Below are positions 30,025 to 40,200 of a stretch of DNA of 64,000 nucleotides, piece by piece (position 1 is the first letter of the stretch; every line of letters begins with the position of its first letter). The notes below the pieces were generated by a model. The model did not search any database. It worked only from the letters and a program-made list of their open reading frames with translations, and was not told the DNA's origin. The translations under genes and the position numbers were made by a program. Origin of the DNA: Rhizomicrobium sp. (lineage in GTDB: Bacteria > Pseudomonadota > Alphaproteobacteria > Micropepsales > Micropepsaceae); assembly GCA_036510185.1 (NCBI GenBank), contig DATCEI010000253.1, positions 1,705-65,704 on the forward strand, in the 5' to 3' direction.

Positions 30025-30914
30025 CGCGCCGAGCGTTTTTTCGGTTTTTCCGCGCGCGCATGCGCCGACTTCCCTTTGAGGCTTTTCTGCAAGGCCTCCA
30101 TGAGGTCGATGACATTGGTATCTTCCGGCTCCGGCGCGGTGACGAGTTTCTCGCCCTTCTCTTTCCGCTTGACCAGTTCGCGCAACGCGGTTTCGTAGCG
30201 ATCCTTGAAATCCTCCGGTTCGAAAGCGCCTTCCTGCTGTTCGATGATTTTTTGCGCAATCTCAATCATGCGCTTGTCGGGTTTCACGCTGGGGATGTCG
30301 CGGAAAGCGTGCACGGGATCGAGTACTTCGTCGAACATGCGCAGCGTGTAGGCAATGAGGCCCTTGCCGCGCGGCTCGATCGCAACAAGCCGCTCACGCG
30401 TGTGCATGACGACGCGGCCAAGCGCGATGCGGCCCGCCTCTTCCATCGCGTCGCGGATGACGGTGTAGGCATCGACGCCTTCGTTGCCATCCGGCACCAG
30501 AAAATACGGATCGTTCCAGAACAGCCGGTCAATCGTTTCGGCATCGACAAAGCGTTCAATCTCCAGCGTGTGCGTGGATTCCAGTTTCACTTCGTCGAGT
30601 TCGTCCTCCGTGACGATGACATATTCGTCCTTGGAGACTTCGTAGCCCTTGACGAGATCGGCGCGCTCGACCGGCCCGGTATCGGGATCGGTGGGCACCA
30701 TGCGGATGCGATTGTTCGTGTCCGGATTCAGCAGATGAAACGAAATATCGTTGGCGCGCGTGGTGGCGTTGACCAGCGCCACAGGACACGACACCAGCGA
30801 CAGGCGCAGATGCCCCTGCCATGCGGGGCGATGGCCGCCGCGCCGGAATGCGTGGCTTTTCGGTTCAGGCGTTTCCGCTTTCGTTTTGGCACGTTTCTTC
30901 TTGCGCGCAACCAT
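30021..30914 (-). CDS. ku: NHEJ Ku protein
   Basis: [28 protein letters not shown]; GGAGG RBS before ATG 30914. Confidence 0.95.
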   Translation of the reverse strand: MVARKKKRAKTKAETPEPKSHAFRRGGHRPAWQGHLRLSLVSCPVALVNATTRANDISFHLLNPDTNNRIRMVPTDPDTGPVERADLVKGYEVSKDEYVIVTEDELDEVKLESTHTLEIERFVDAETIDRLFWNDPYFLVPDGNEGVDAYTVIRDAMEEAGRIALGRVVMHTRERLVAIEPRGKGLIAYTLRMFDEVLDPVHAFRDIPSVKPDKRMIEIAQKIIEQQEGAFEPEDFKDRYETALRELVKRKEKGEKLVTAPEPEDTNVIDLMEALQKSLKGKSAHARAEKPKKRSAR

Positions 30915-30942
30915 AATGCCCTCCGGAGCGAGACTGATAAGG

Positions 30943-30969
30943 GGAACTTCGCGGCGCATAATTTGTTCC
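30943..30969. promoter_or_regulatory. Overlapping inverted EcfG-type promoters (ku on the minus strand)
   Basis: Minus: GGAAC-N16-AGTT; plus: GGAAC-N16-TGTT. Confidence 0.6.
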
Positions 30970-30996
30970 CTCACATCCTGCGGCGCAAGCCTTACG

Positions 30997-31021
30997 GGAA
31001 CTTTCGGGCCAAGGTTGCATT
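30997..31021 (+). promoter_or_regulatory. EcfG-type promoter of the DUF4142 gene
   Basis: GGAAC-N16-CATT. Confidence 0.65.
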
Positions 31022-31060
31022 ATCACGACAACGAAGGGGCAAACCCCGAGGGAGAAAACG

Positions 31061-31621
31061 ATGAAACTGATATTTGCAGCCGCGAGCCTTATCGCGCTGA
31101 GCGTTACGGCGGCGTCTGCCACCGAAGTCATGGGCATGGGCACGCCAAGCGACGTGCAATTCCGCCAGAAAGCCCTGTCCAGCGATGCGTTCGAGATCGC
31201 GTCCAGCAAGATCGCGCTGAACAACGCAACCGATGAATCGGTGAAAAGCTTCGCGCGGATGATGATCCGCGATCACACCAAAACAACCGACAAGCTTGTG
31301 GCGCTGGGCGCCATCAGCAAGGACAGCATCGAAGCGAAAATGGCCACCGGGCCGGACGGAAAATATCCGAGCAACGATCTTTTCAGCACGATGCAGGCCT
31401 CCGAACTGAACAGCCTTGCCGCGAAAAGCAATGACGATTTCAACAAGACCTATATGGACGATCAGGTATCCGGCCACAAGGATGCGGTGTCGCTGATGCA
31501 GGATTATGCGAAGAACGGCGACAACGCGAAACTTAAATCATTCGCCTCTGAGGTATTGCCGAAAGTTCAGGAACATCTGTCGAAAGCGCAGGCGCTCGAC
31601 GATACGCTGAACAAGAAATAA
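31061..31621 (+). CDS. DUF4142 exported ferritin-like protein
   Basis: Signal peptide, FEI..S.IA, FA.MMI.DH, Y...QV.GH, LP.V.EHL. Confidence 0.88.
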   Translation: MKLIFAAASLIALSVTAASATEVMGMGTPSDVQFRQKALSSDAFEIASSKIALNNATDESVKSFARMMIRDHTKTTDKLVALGAISKDSIEAKMATGPDGKYPSNDLFSTMQASELNSLAAKSNDDFNKTYMDDQVSGHKDAVSLMQDYAKNGDNAKLKSFASEVLPKVQEHLSKAQALDDTLNKK

Positions 31622-31653
31622 ATTGTGCGGACGCCCGCGCGTTTTGGCGAAAG

Positions 31654-32034
31654 CTAACGCGCGGGCAGCATGCCCATCGCCATGGCGACAAACGCATCCA
31701 GATCGAACGGCTTGTAGATGACCGCGACGCCCCTGCTGACCAGATGTTTCGGCACGGGTTCCTGCGTGTAGCCGGTCATCAGCAGAACTTTCAGATCCGG
31801 CCGCAACTTAAGCCCCGCATCGACTAGCTCGTAACCGCCCAATCCCGGCATGCGGATATCGCTGATCAGAAGCTGGATCCCTGAATCCTGTTTCAATTTT
31901 TCGAGTGCGGCATCGCCGTCCACCGCCTCCACCACGGCGCAGCCCGCATCTTCGAGCAATTCCACCGCCATGAGGCGTATGAGAGATTCATCCTCAGCCA
32001 CCAACACGCGCGGCGCAACCGGATTTTCCGTCAT
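31654..32034 (-). CDS. Single-domain response regulator
   Basis: AEDE, SDIRMPG, MTGY, KPF. Confidence 0.92.
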   Translation of the reverse strand: MTENPVAPRVLVAEDESLIRLMAVELLEDAGCAVVEAVDGDAALEKLKQDSGIQLLISDIRMPGLGGYELVDAGLKLRPDLKVLLMTGYTQEPVPKHLVSRGVAVIYKPFDLDAFVAMAMGMLPAR

Positions 32035-33395
32035 CGTTTATCCTTGCCCGGTATTTCGGGCCCTCCGTAGAACGGCAAAAGGATCGTCACAATCGTGCCT
32101 TTGCCGAGTTCGCTTTCGATATCGAGAAAACCGCCGGACTGTTTGATGTAGCCGAAGATGGAACTAAGCCCCAGTCCCGTGCCGCGGCCCGGCGGTTTGG
32201 TGGTGAAGAACGGTTCGATGGCGCGCACGCGCACATCTTCCGGCATCCCCGAACCTGTGTCGGCGACGCGCAACATCACATAATCGCCCGCGGTAATTTC
32301 ATCTGTCTCGACATGCCTCTTCGCCGTGACGATGGTGAGCGTGCCGCCCGTTGGCGTGGCGTCGCGCGCATTGATGGCGAGATTGAGAAGAACATTTTCC
32401 ATCTGGTTGGGATCGCAGATCGTCCATGTGTCGGCGGCAAGATCGGTTTCGATGCGTATTTGCTGGCCCAACGATTGACGCAGCAAATCTTCCATGCCGC
32501 GCACAAGAACGGTGAGATTGACCGGCACGTTCACGAGCGGCTGGCGGCGCGAGAACGCAAGCACGCGCTGGGTGAGCGCGGTGGCGCGGTCAGTGCCTTC
32601 CCTCAGCGCCGCCAGATATTTGCCGACATCGGTGCGCCCCTGCGCCAGGCGCCGTTCGAGCAATTGCTGATTGCCCTTGATCGCGGCCAGAAGATTGTTG
32701 AAATCATGCGCGATACCGCCCGAAAGCTGACCCAGCGCTTCCATCTTCTGGCTTTGGCGCAGCGCGTCTTCGATTTTCGCGCGTTCTTCCATTTCGCGCT
32801 CAAGCTGCAGATTGGTGTTGGCGAGATCGCGCGCGCGCGCCTCCAGCAGATTGTTGGCGCGCGTCAGCGAATTCTGCGCCGTTGCGAGCACGGTCAGAAC
32901 CAGCCCCGCCATCGTCAGCAGCAGCACGAGAATGGCGTAACGCGAAAACCGGCGTTCCAGCGATTCAATGCGCGTGCGCAGATAGACGAAACCCAGATGC
33001 TCATTGCCCTGAATCGCGGGGAGTGCAACGACCAGCCCATCGCCGCTGAATTGCGAGATGGGTGCGTTCACAGTGGAAGGCAGAGGCGCGGTTGTCGTGA
33101 AACCCGCCACGCGCCTGCCATTGCTTGCATACACGCCCGCGGCTTCCATATCGGGGTTGGCGTGCAACGCGTTGACATATTCCTGCGCCGTGCGCGCGTC
33201 GTTGAAGGCGAGCGCCGCCGTTACGCTGGCCGCGAGGATGCGCGCTTGCCCCGTCGAATCTGCCACGACCTTGTTGCGGAACAGCGCCTCCTCGTAACCG
33301 GCCATGAACAGGCCGGCGACAACCAGCCCCAGCGCCATGCCGAGCGCGAGAAACGGGCCGATCCGCAAACGGACATGCGTGCGCGCGAGTTTCAT
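32031..33395 (-). CDS. Sensor histidine kinase with YfiN-type (CHASE8-like) periplasmic domain
   Basis: Two TM helices flanking AALAFND..TA.E, coiled coil, [26 protein letters not shown]. Confidence 0.88.
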   Translation of the reverse strand: MKLARTHVRLRIGPFLALGMALGLVVAGLFMAGYEEALFRNKVVADSTGQARILAASVTAALAFNDARTAQEYVNALHANPDMEAAGVYASNGRRVAGFTTTAPLPSTVNAPISQFSGDGLVVALPAIQGNEHLGFVYLRTRIESLERRFSRYAILVLLLTMAGLVLTVLATAQNSLTRANNLLEARARDLANTNLQLEREMEERAKIEDALRQSQKMEALGQLSGGIAHDFNNLLAAIKGNQQLLERRLAQGRTDVGKYLAALREGTDRATALTQRVLAFSRRQPLVNVPVNLTVLVRGMEDLLRQSLGQQIRIETDLAADTWTICDPNQMENVLLNLAINARDATPTGGTLTIVTAKRHVETDEITAGDYVMLRVADTGSGMPEDVRVRAIEPFFTTKPPGRGTGLGLSSIFGYIKQSGGFLDIESELGKGTIVTILLPFYGGPEIPGKDKR

Positions 33396-33949
33396 GGCGC
33401 TTTGTCCGATGCGGTGACGATCTTGCGCGCAAGCCCCAGCAATTTGGAACTGATGACAAGGCCGCCGCTTTTGGCGGCGTTGGTGTCGATGTCAAAACGC
33501 ACATGATCCTGTTCTTCGACAAAACAGATGATGCCATGCGCGCCGCCATCGGAATCTGAATCGGTAACGGTGAGCACAGGCGTGCCCTGCACCGCGCTCA
33601 GGGTTTGCGCAATCGTGGCATCCGGCGAATTGCCCGCGTAGAGGATTTTGCAGCTTGCATCCGCTGTTTTAAGACGCTTTACGACGATGGGCCGATCGCC
33701 CACCTTCTGCCCCGCCGTGATGCGGTCGATGAGATTGCCGAACGGATCGTCACCGACAATGCAGATCGTGAACGGCGCGCCGGCGGCGCCCGCGGGCCAA
33801 TCCACGAAAGGCGGGAATTTGCTTAAATATGCGGCCTTCACCGCACTTGCCGTTACCGCGTCCGCGAACGCAGGCCCGCATGCGAGTAATCCAATTATGA
33901 GCAAAAGGCCCGGCGGCAGGCATAATCTTTTTGCGCCGCCAGCACGCAT
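33392..33949 (-). CDS. YfiR family periplasmic protein (DUF4154)
   Basis: VKAAYL.KF..FV.WP, ICIVGDDPFG, C.ILY, VLTVTD, ISSKLL.LA. Confidence 0.88.
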   Translation of the reverse strand: MRAGGAKRLCLPPGLLLIIGLLACGPAFADAVTASAVKAAYLSKFPPFVDWPAGAAGAPFTICIVGDDPFGNLIDRITAGQKVGDRPIVVKRLKTADASCKILYAGNSPDATIAQTLSAVQGTPVLTVTDSDSDGGAHGIICFVEEQDHVRFDIDTNAAKSGGLVISSKLLGLARKIVTASDKAP

Positions 33950-33950
33950 C

Positions 33951-35900
33951 TTACAACCGCGCTCGCAATGCGATGGCGACTTGCCGGGGAATGGTGCGGA
34001 CGGGCGCGGTGGAAGGGTCGAACACCTCGATATGATGGTTGTGCAACAGGTTCACGCCTTCCAGCGACAATTCCAGCGATGGCGTTAGCACCCAGCCGAT
34101 GCGCGCATCGGCCTCGGCATAGCCGGGCACGAGCACAATGGGCGCGGGTGTAAAATAGCGCATGACAGGCCCAACCGCGCGTAGCGTGGCATCGAATTCG
34201 ACGACGGGCGAAATGTTCATCTCCGAACGCAGCGAGGCTTGCCACGATGGATCCTGGCCGACGGACTGGAAGAACGAAATATCCGTGTGGCCCGGCTTCA
34301 AATGGAAATCGCGATGCAGCCAGTTGGCGCCCGCCGAAAGCCGCCACCAATCCGACAGACTGTATTTTGCCCAGGCCTCCGCGCCATAGCTTTGGCCCGC
34401 GACGCCATTGCCCAGAATGATCGGCAATCCGCCATCGGTAAGTTCGTCGGAGCGGAGCGAGTCATAGAAATTGTAGAATGTGGAAGCTGACATCGAGAAA
34501 TCCGGGCCGATCTGCCCGCGATAGCCAATCTCCAGCGCCTCCAGCGTTTCGGATTCGAAATCGGGCGAGGGAATCAGAAGACCCGGCGATTCCAGTTCGC
34601 GGTCGATGCGCGAAGGCGTGCGCACGGCGCGCGAGACCGCCGCCCAAAGCAGATTGGCGTTGCTTGCCTGCCACGCCAACCGCGCGTTCGGCATATAATC
34701 GAAGCCGGAATAATTGTTCTCCTCGCCCTTGAAGCCCAGCGTCATGCGCAAACTGCGCGAAAGCGGAAATTCATCCTGCACAAAGAAATTGCCCAATGTC
34801 AGCGTGGCGGCAGGCTGCGCGAAGAAGAAATTGCCCGGTGACCGCAATGTTTCGCGCCACAGGCGGAATTCGCCGCCGCCGACAAACGAATCCGCCGACC
34901 ATAGATGCGAATTGTATTGGCCCTGAATGTCATACGTATCGAGAAGCTCACTCAACCCCGGAATGGCGCGGCCGTCCTGGCTGTAATAGGTTTGCAGATC
35001 GACCGAAGATGCCTCGTTCAGCGGATGGGTCCAGCGCGCCATGAGATTGCCGCCCCAGACGCTCGTGTAACTTGGCGCGGTCTGGTCGATGAGCGCATTC
35101 GAATAGACCGCACTTTGCAGCTGATAGGAATCGGCATCCCATTTGCCGTCGATGCGCGCGCCTACCTGCCCGCCTGCCCAAACATCCGTGCTGGTATCAG
35201 TGTCGCTGACCGCCGATGTCGGCCCGCGGTCGAAACCCGTGACATAGGCGCTGAAATGCGCAGAGTCGCTTAAATCGCCGCCATAGCTCAGCGTGCCCGT
35301 GCGGTCGAACGAACCGGCCGTGACATCGAGCGACGCACCCGCCATCTCGCCCGAAGATTTGGTGATGACATTGATCACACCGTTGACGGCGTTGGCGCCC
35401 CATAATGTTCCGCCCGGCCCGCTGATCACTTCGATGCGCGCAATCGTGGAAACGGGAATGTCCAGCGTTTCCCAGAACACCGTCGCACCCAACGGAGAAT
35501 AGACGCTGCGTCCGTCAATCAGCACCAGCAGCTTGTTGGAGGATTCCGGCGAATTGAATCCGCGCGCGGCGATGGCATAGGAGTAAGAGTTGATGCGCGC
35601 CACTTCCAGATTGGGCGCAAGGCGCAGCGCTTCGGGCAGGCTCGTGGCGCCGGAGCGGTGAATATCCTCCGCCGTGATCACGAACACCGATGCGGGCGCA
35701 CCCGACAACGGCTCCGCCCGCCGCGAAACCGACGTGATCGTGATATCGGCCAACTGGTCGATGGAAAGCTTGCTCAGCGCATCGACGGATTCATCGGCGC
35801 GGGTGGGTGACAGCGGCGCGGCCGCCAGTGCCAAAGCCAAGCCTGCCGCCGTCCAAAATGGACGCGGCCGAATTCGGCTCTCCCCCTTGTTTGAACGCAT
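33951..35900 (-). CDS. TonB-dependent receptor of the YfiR-associated type
   Basis: LSIDQL..I.ITSVS, EALRLAP, LVLIDGRSVY, RIEVISGPG.TLWGANAVNGVINVIT plug motif. Confidence 0.9.
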   Translation of the reverse strand: MRSNKGESRIRPRPFWTAAGLALALAAAPLSPTRADESVDALSKLSIDQLADITITSVSRRAEPLSGAPASVFVITAEDIHRSGATSLPEALRLAPNLEVARINSYSYAIAARGFNSPESSNKLLVLIDGRSVYSPLGATVFWETLDIPVSTIARIEVISGPGGTLWGANAVNGVINVITKSSGEMAGASLDVTAGSFDRTGTLSYGGDLSDSAHFSAYVTGFDRGPTSAVSDTDTSTDVWAGGQVGARIDGKWDADSYQLQSAVYSNALIDQTAPSYTSVWGGNLMARWTHPLNEASSVDLQTYYSQDGRAIPGLSELLDTYDIQGQYNSHLWSADSFVGGGEFRLWRETLRSPGNFFFAQPAATLTLGNFFVQDEFPLSRSLRMTLGFKGEENNYSGFDYMPNARLAWQASNANLLWAAVSRAVRTPSRIDRELESPGLLIPSPDFESETLEALEIGYRGQIGPDFSMSASTFYNFYDSLRSDELTDGGLPIILGNGVAGQSYGAEAWAKYSLSDWWRLSAGANWLHRDFHLKPGHTDISFFQSVGQDPSWQASLRSEMNISPVVEFDATLRAVGPVMRYFTPAPIVLVPGYAEADARIGWVLTPSLELSLEGVNLLHNHHIEVFDPSTAPVRTIPRQVAIALRARL

Positions 35901-35940
35901 GTTTGCGGCCCCCGCCGCTCATACATCTGTGGTGAGCTTT

Positions 35941-35966
35941 AACGCGGGGGCCTTGCGCTAGGTTCC
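35941..35966 (-). promoter_or_regulatory. EcfG/sigmaT promoter of the TBDR-yfiR-kinase-RR operon
   Basis: Minus strand GGAAC-N17-CGTT. Confidence 0.7.
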
Positions 35967-35996
35967 ATGCCGGGGCGCGGCAGAACGCGCCGAGTG

Positions 35997-36009
35997 TAAG
36001 ATGTTGATA
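35997..36009 (-). promoter_or_regulatory. IHF consensus site
   Basis: Minus strand TATCAA-CATC-TTA matches WATCAANNNNTTR. Confidence 0.45.
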
Positions 36010-36031
36010 TTATTTGCCTTTTAAATAGCCT

Positions 36032-37189
36032 CTATCCGCCCAGCCCGACACTGACGCTGGCGAAGGGACCATAAAAGCCGACATTTTCTTTCTTCGTTGC
36101 ATCGATGCCGCCATCCATCGCGCCAAAGAACAGATCGGCGCGATAGCCCGCGCTGACCTTGAAATTCTGAATGCGCCATGACGCGCCCGCGAAGCCGCCG
36201 ATATTCGGCACGATCACTGTTTTGGTGCGATGCACATTCACAGGCGTCGGATGATAGAGGGTGACATGATAGCCCGCGTGATATTTCTTACCATGGTATC
36301 GCCCGGTTTCCTCGTGATTCACGTTCGCGCGTTGACGGCCGAAAAGAATCGCGGCGTTCACACCCCAGTCGAATGACACTTCGCTGCTTTGGCTGCTACC
36401 CGCGATCGGCGCTGCGCCATTCCATGACAGCGACGGACCGATGCCGCGAAAACTGCGCGCCGCACTCAGATGCGCCAGATTGCTGTGATAGGGTTGGTAG
36501 AGAGGAAGCTTGAATCCATAGGCATATTTGTACGAGAAATGCCAGTCCGGATCGGATTTGAGGCTGATATTCGATTTGGAATTGAACTGCGCGAAACGAA
36601 CACCAAGATTGAGTACGGACGATCCGCGCCCGCCGAACATTCCAAGACCCACATCTTTTCCAGCCTGAAAGTCGAGGACGAGATGGCTCTCGTCGTTCTG
36701 CACTCTCGTGTCGGCAAAGTGCGCCGCCAACGGTTGATCGGGTGCGAACGAAGGAGAAGGTATCCCCGATTTGGTGACAATGAACGCCGCCGGGTGCGTT
36801 TGCTGAACCACATGTTTGTTGCTTGAGGACCGGCCATAACGCACCGAAGCCGACAGAACCCAATCCGAACCCGTCGGCTCGAAAGAGATTTTTCCAGTTT
36901 CGTCCACGCTATAGGGAGGCAGCCCTTCGAATTTCTGCGATGGCGAAAAGATCGATGGCCTGGGAGGGGAATCGGGAAACGCCGGCGCAAATGTTTCCTG
37001 CCCCTCGCTCATGCGGCTTAATTGTCCGCCCAACTCGATCCAGACGGACGGACGGTCGCTATCGTCGTCCGCCGCTTTTGCTCCGCCTGCACCATAAAGG
37101 GAGCCGATCAAGGCGATTGCAGATGCCGTCGCCAGAAGTTGCCGGCGGAAATTCATTCCGGTTTTGCGCGCGTTCACGAGTTCGCTCAT
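36032..37189 (-). CDS. Uncharacterised exported, probable outer-membrane beta-barrel protein (cassette 1)
   Basis: Extended signal peptide, amphipathic strands, clear paralogy to 56246-57412. Confidence 0.7.
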   Translation of the reverse strand: MSELVNARKTGMNFRRQLLATASAIALIGSLYGAGGAKAADDDSDRPSVWIELGGQLSRMSEGQETFAPAFPDSPPRPSIFSPSQKFEGLPPYSVDETGKISFEPTGSDWVLSASVRYGRSSSNKHVVQQTHPAAFIVTKSGIPSPSFAPDQPLAAHFADTRVQNDESHLVLDFQAGKDVGLGMFGGRGSSVLNLGVRFAQFNSKSNISLKSDPDWHFSYKYAYGFKLPLYQPYHSNLAHLSAARSFRGIGPSLSWNGAAPIAGSSQSSEVSFDWGVNAAILFGRQRANVNHEETGRYHGKKYHAGYHVTLYHPTPVNVHRTKTVIVPNIGGFAGASWRIQNFKVSAGYRADLFFGAMDGGIDATKKENVGFYGPFASVSVGLGG

Positions 37190-37200
37190 GATTTTCCCCT

Positions 37201-40200
37201 TTACCAATTCTTCGTGACGCGAATGCCGATCAGTTTCGGATCGGTCAGAAATACGTTGGTCGTCAGGCCGCTATCGTCACTATTCAGAAAATCGCCGGTG
37301 ATCGCGGTCGTGTTGAAAATGTTCTTGTCGTAGAGCATCACCTGCCAACCATTCTGGTTGGTGAAGATCAGCGTGAGATTGACGTTGGTGTAGCCGCGCA
37401 GGCGATCGTAAGGCCTGTCATTGAACACGCGCGCCCAGGAATAATCCTGCCAGTAATAGTCGCCGCGCAGCGTGCCCGCCCAGTCCGTCGATAATGGCAG
37501 CGTGTATTGCGCGCCCGCAGATACCGTGAACGGCGGGGCGTTCGGCAATTCATTGCCGCTTATGTCCTTGTCGAACCCCTGGCCGTTGTTCGGAGGAAGC
37601 CCCAATCCATTGTTGACGTTGGCGGGCGCATTCGGATCGACACTCAGCGGATCGAAGCCATGATATCCGGGAGGAATATAGCTGTTGCCGAAATTGTCTT
37701 TGCGGGCAGAGATCGTGGGGTCTTGGGTATAAGGAAGCAGCGTGACGGGGTCGAGGTGAAGCGTATAAGCGTTTCCACATGCCCACGCGATGTCGGATAC
37801 ATCGACAAGAACGCCGGTGGTAAAGAAATCCGGCGTATTCAATATCCCCGCGACGACATATTTCGGCAGGACGCAGTTAGAAGCCTGCGTGATGAACGGT
37901 TTCATCACCATCCAGTCGGAGTTGCCCGCGGTGCGATCGATGAGATCGACGGACTTGCTGCCTTTGGCGAGCGCGGTATCTTCCCAACCGCCCGCGAAAT
38001 TGAAGCGCAGGCCCGCAACCGGCTCCCATGTCGATTCAATCTCCGCGCCCTTCACATGGGCGTCGAAATTGTCATTGATCGATGTGCGATCAACAATGCG
38101 CGAAATCTGATAATTCTCGTAATTGTAATAGAATACGTCGCCGTTGATCGTGAGCGCGCCGTCGAGCAGCGTGTTCTTCGAACCCAATTCAAACGCATCG
38201 ATGAATTCCGGCTTGAAGGTCAGCGGGTGAATCGGATTGCCGATATCGCCATTCTGGAACGTGAGCAACGTCGCGCCCGGCGGATTGGCGCCACCCGCCT
38301 TATAGCCATGCGAATAGGAGCCGTAGATGAGCGTCTGGTCGGTGAAGTCGAGCTTCGGCGTCCAGTTTGCAGCAGCACGGCCGGTCCATTGATCCCATTG
38401 CTGATTGACCACGCCTGTTGACGGATAACCGTAGCCGTCAACAAGAAGTTCGCTGGGAATATCGACAAAATGCTTTTGATCGTCGGTCCAGCGAAGGCCG
38501 GCCGTCAGTTTCAGTTCGCGGAAAACATTGTAATAGGCCTCGCCGAACGCGGCATAGGAATTCAGCGCATACGGATTCTGGCTGAGAAAATAATTGTGTC
38601 CCTCATTGTTCAGATGCGTGATCGGATTGGGGTCGATATAGGCGCACGCATTCGCCGTAGGATCGTGCGGAGCAAACGGATCCACGGGTACGAAACCGCC
38701 CGCCAGACATTGGCTATTGTCTGAAACGCCGGGAACCCATTCCTGCTGTTGCGATGGACCGGCGCCGCCTGAACCGGCGACTGTTGTGTAGTGTGTTAAC
38801 GTATTGAAGAAGACATAATAATTTTCTTCGGTTTCGTAGTGAAGATAATTGCCGCCCGCGCTGAAATTGAATGGTCCATTAAAATTGGACGAAAACCGAA
38901 ATTCCTGACTTATTTGCCAAGCATGTTCGTCCGACAGGTCTTCGGCCACAAGACGATCGCTGCAACCCACTTGCGGATCGCAGAAGACGCCGTCCAGCCA
39001 GCAATTATCCGCTTCGCTTGAACCCGCTACCACCGCCGGACTGCACGGCGCGCCTCCATGAAGCCCCTGGCAGACACCAGTTCCTGTGTCCGTGGTATCA
39101 CCCGCAGGTTCGTAGCAAGCACCCTGACCGCTGGGGTCAGGTAAAAGCGTATCGCGCTGCCATCCGGGGGCGCCAGGAATGTAGTTGAATATGCCGGGCG
39201 CGGTATTGAATCTGTTGTAATCTTCCGCCGAAAACAGGAAATCATTGTTGTATCCGGTTTGCGACGTGAAGGTCAGCGCAGGCGTAACGGTGTAATCGGC
39301 ATTGAATTCCAGCGTATCGTTCTTCGCGCGATAGGTTGGGCTGATCGCCGACTCGATGACACGCAGGTTTTGCGATTGCACTGTGCTGGCGTAAGGATCG
39401 AATCCTTGCCGGATCGGCGGATCGAGAATGCCGATTGCCGATGCGTAAGGTAATGAAAGGCCATTCGGCACTCCGAACGCATCTGGCGAATAAAGACTTG
39501 TCGCTTCGCAGCCCTGACTTACATAATATCTCGGGTCATAGGCACTCACGCCGAAATAGTGACCTTCGAGGGTTGTGCCGTCGATGGTGACCGGGTTCTC
39601 CGCGGTTTTGCAAAGCTGTTTCGCGGTTCGCATGCGGTCATCGTCTTCGGAGAAATGCTCCCAGATGAGATAGGTTTGGAGCTTGTCCGTGGGCTTCCAG
39701 CCCAGCGTCATGCGGCCCGACCACAGATCGCGTCCGTCAATGCGCGCGTCCGTGAGTGAATCGAACGAATAGCCCTGCCGCTTGGTCCATTCGCCCGCGA
39801 TGCGCAGATCCGCGCGGTCATCGACGATAGGAATGTTGATCATGCCTTCGAAGCGGCGATTGCCATAATTGCCGATATCGGCGGACGCCATCGCTTCGAA
39901 TTGGTCGCTTGGTTTCGCCGAAACGAGATTGACAACGCCAGCGGTCGCGTTGCGCCCATAAAGCGTGCCTTGAGGACCGCGCAAGACCTCGACCTGACTG
40001 ACGTCGTAGAATTCCTGTTCGAAGAAATGGTTGCGAATGAACGGCGTATCGTTGAAGGCAACGGCCACAGCGGGATCGGTGGTCACGGAAATCGCCTGCG
40101 TGCCGATGCCGCGCAACTGGATCGAATAACCGGAGAAATTGGTTTTCGTGAAGGTCATGTTGGGCACTTGCTTCACGAGATCGGGGCCGCCAGCGGTTTG

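Noticed and set aside
37120-37189. Tat signal (FRRQLL) in the partner protein
   Set aside because: The paralog has FRWQLL, so the twin arginine is not conserved
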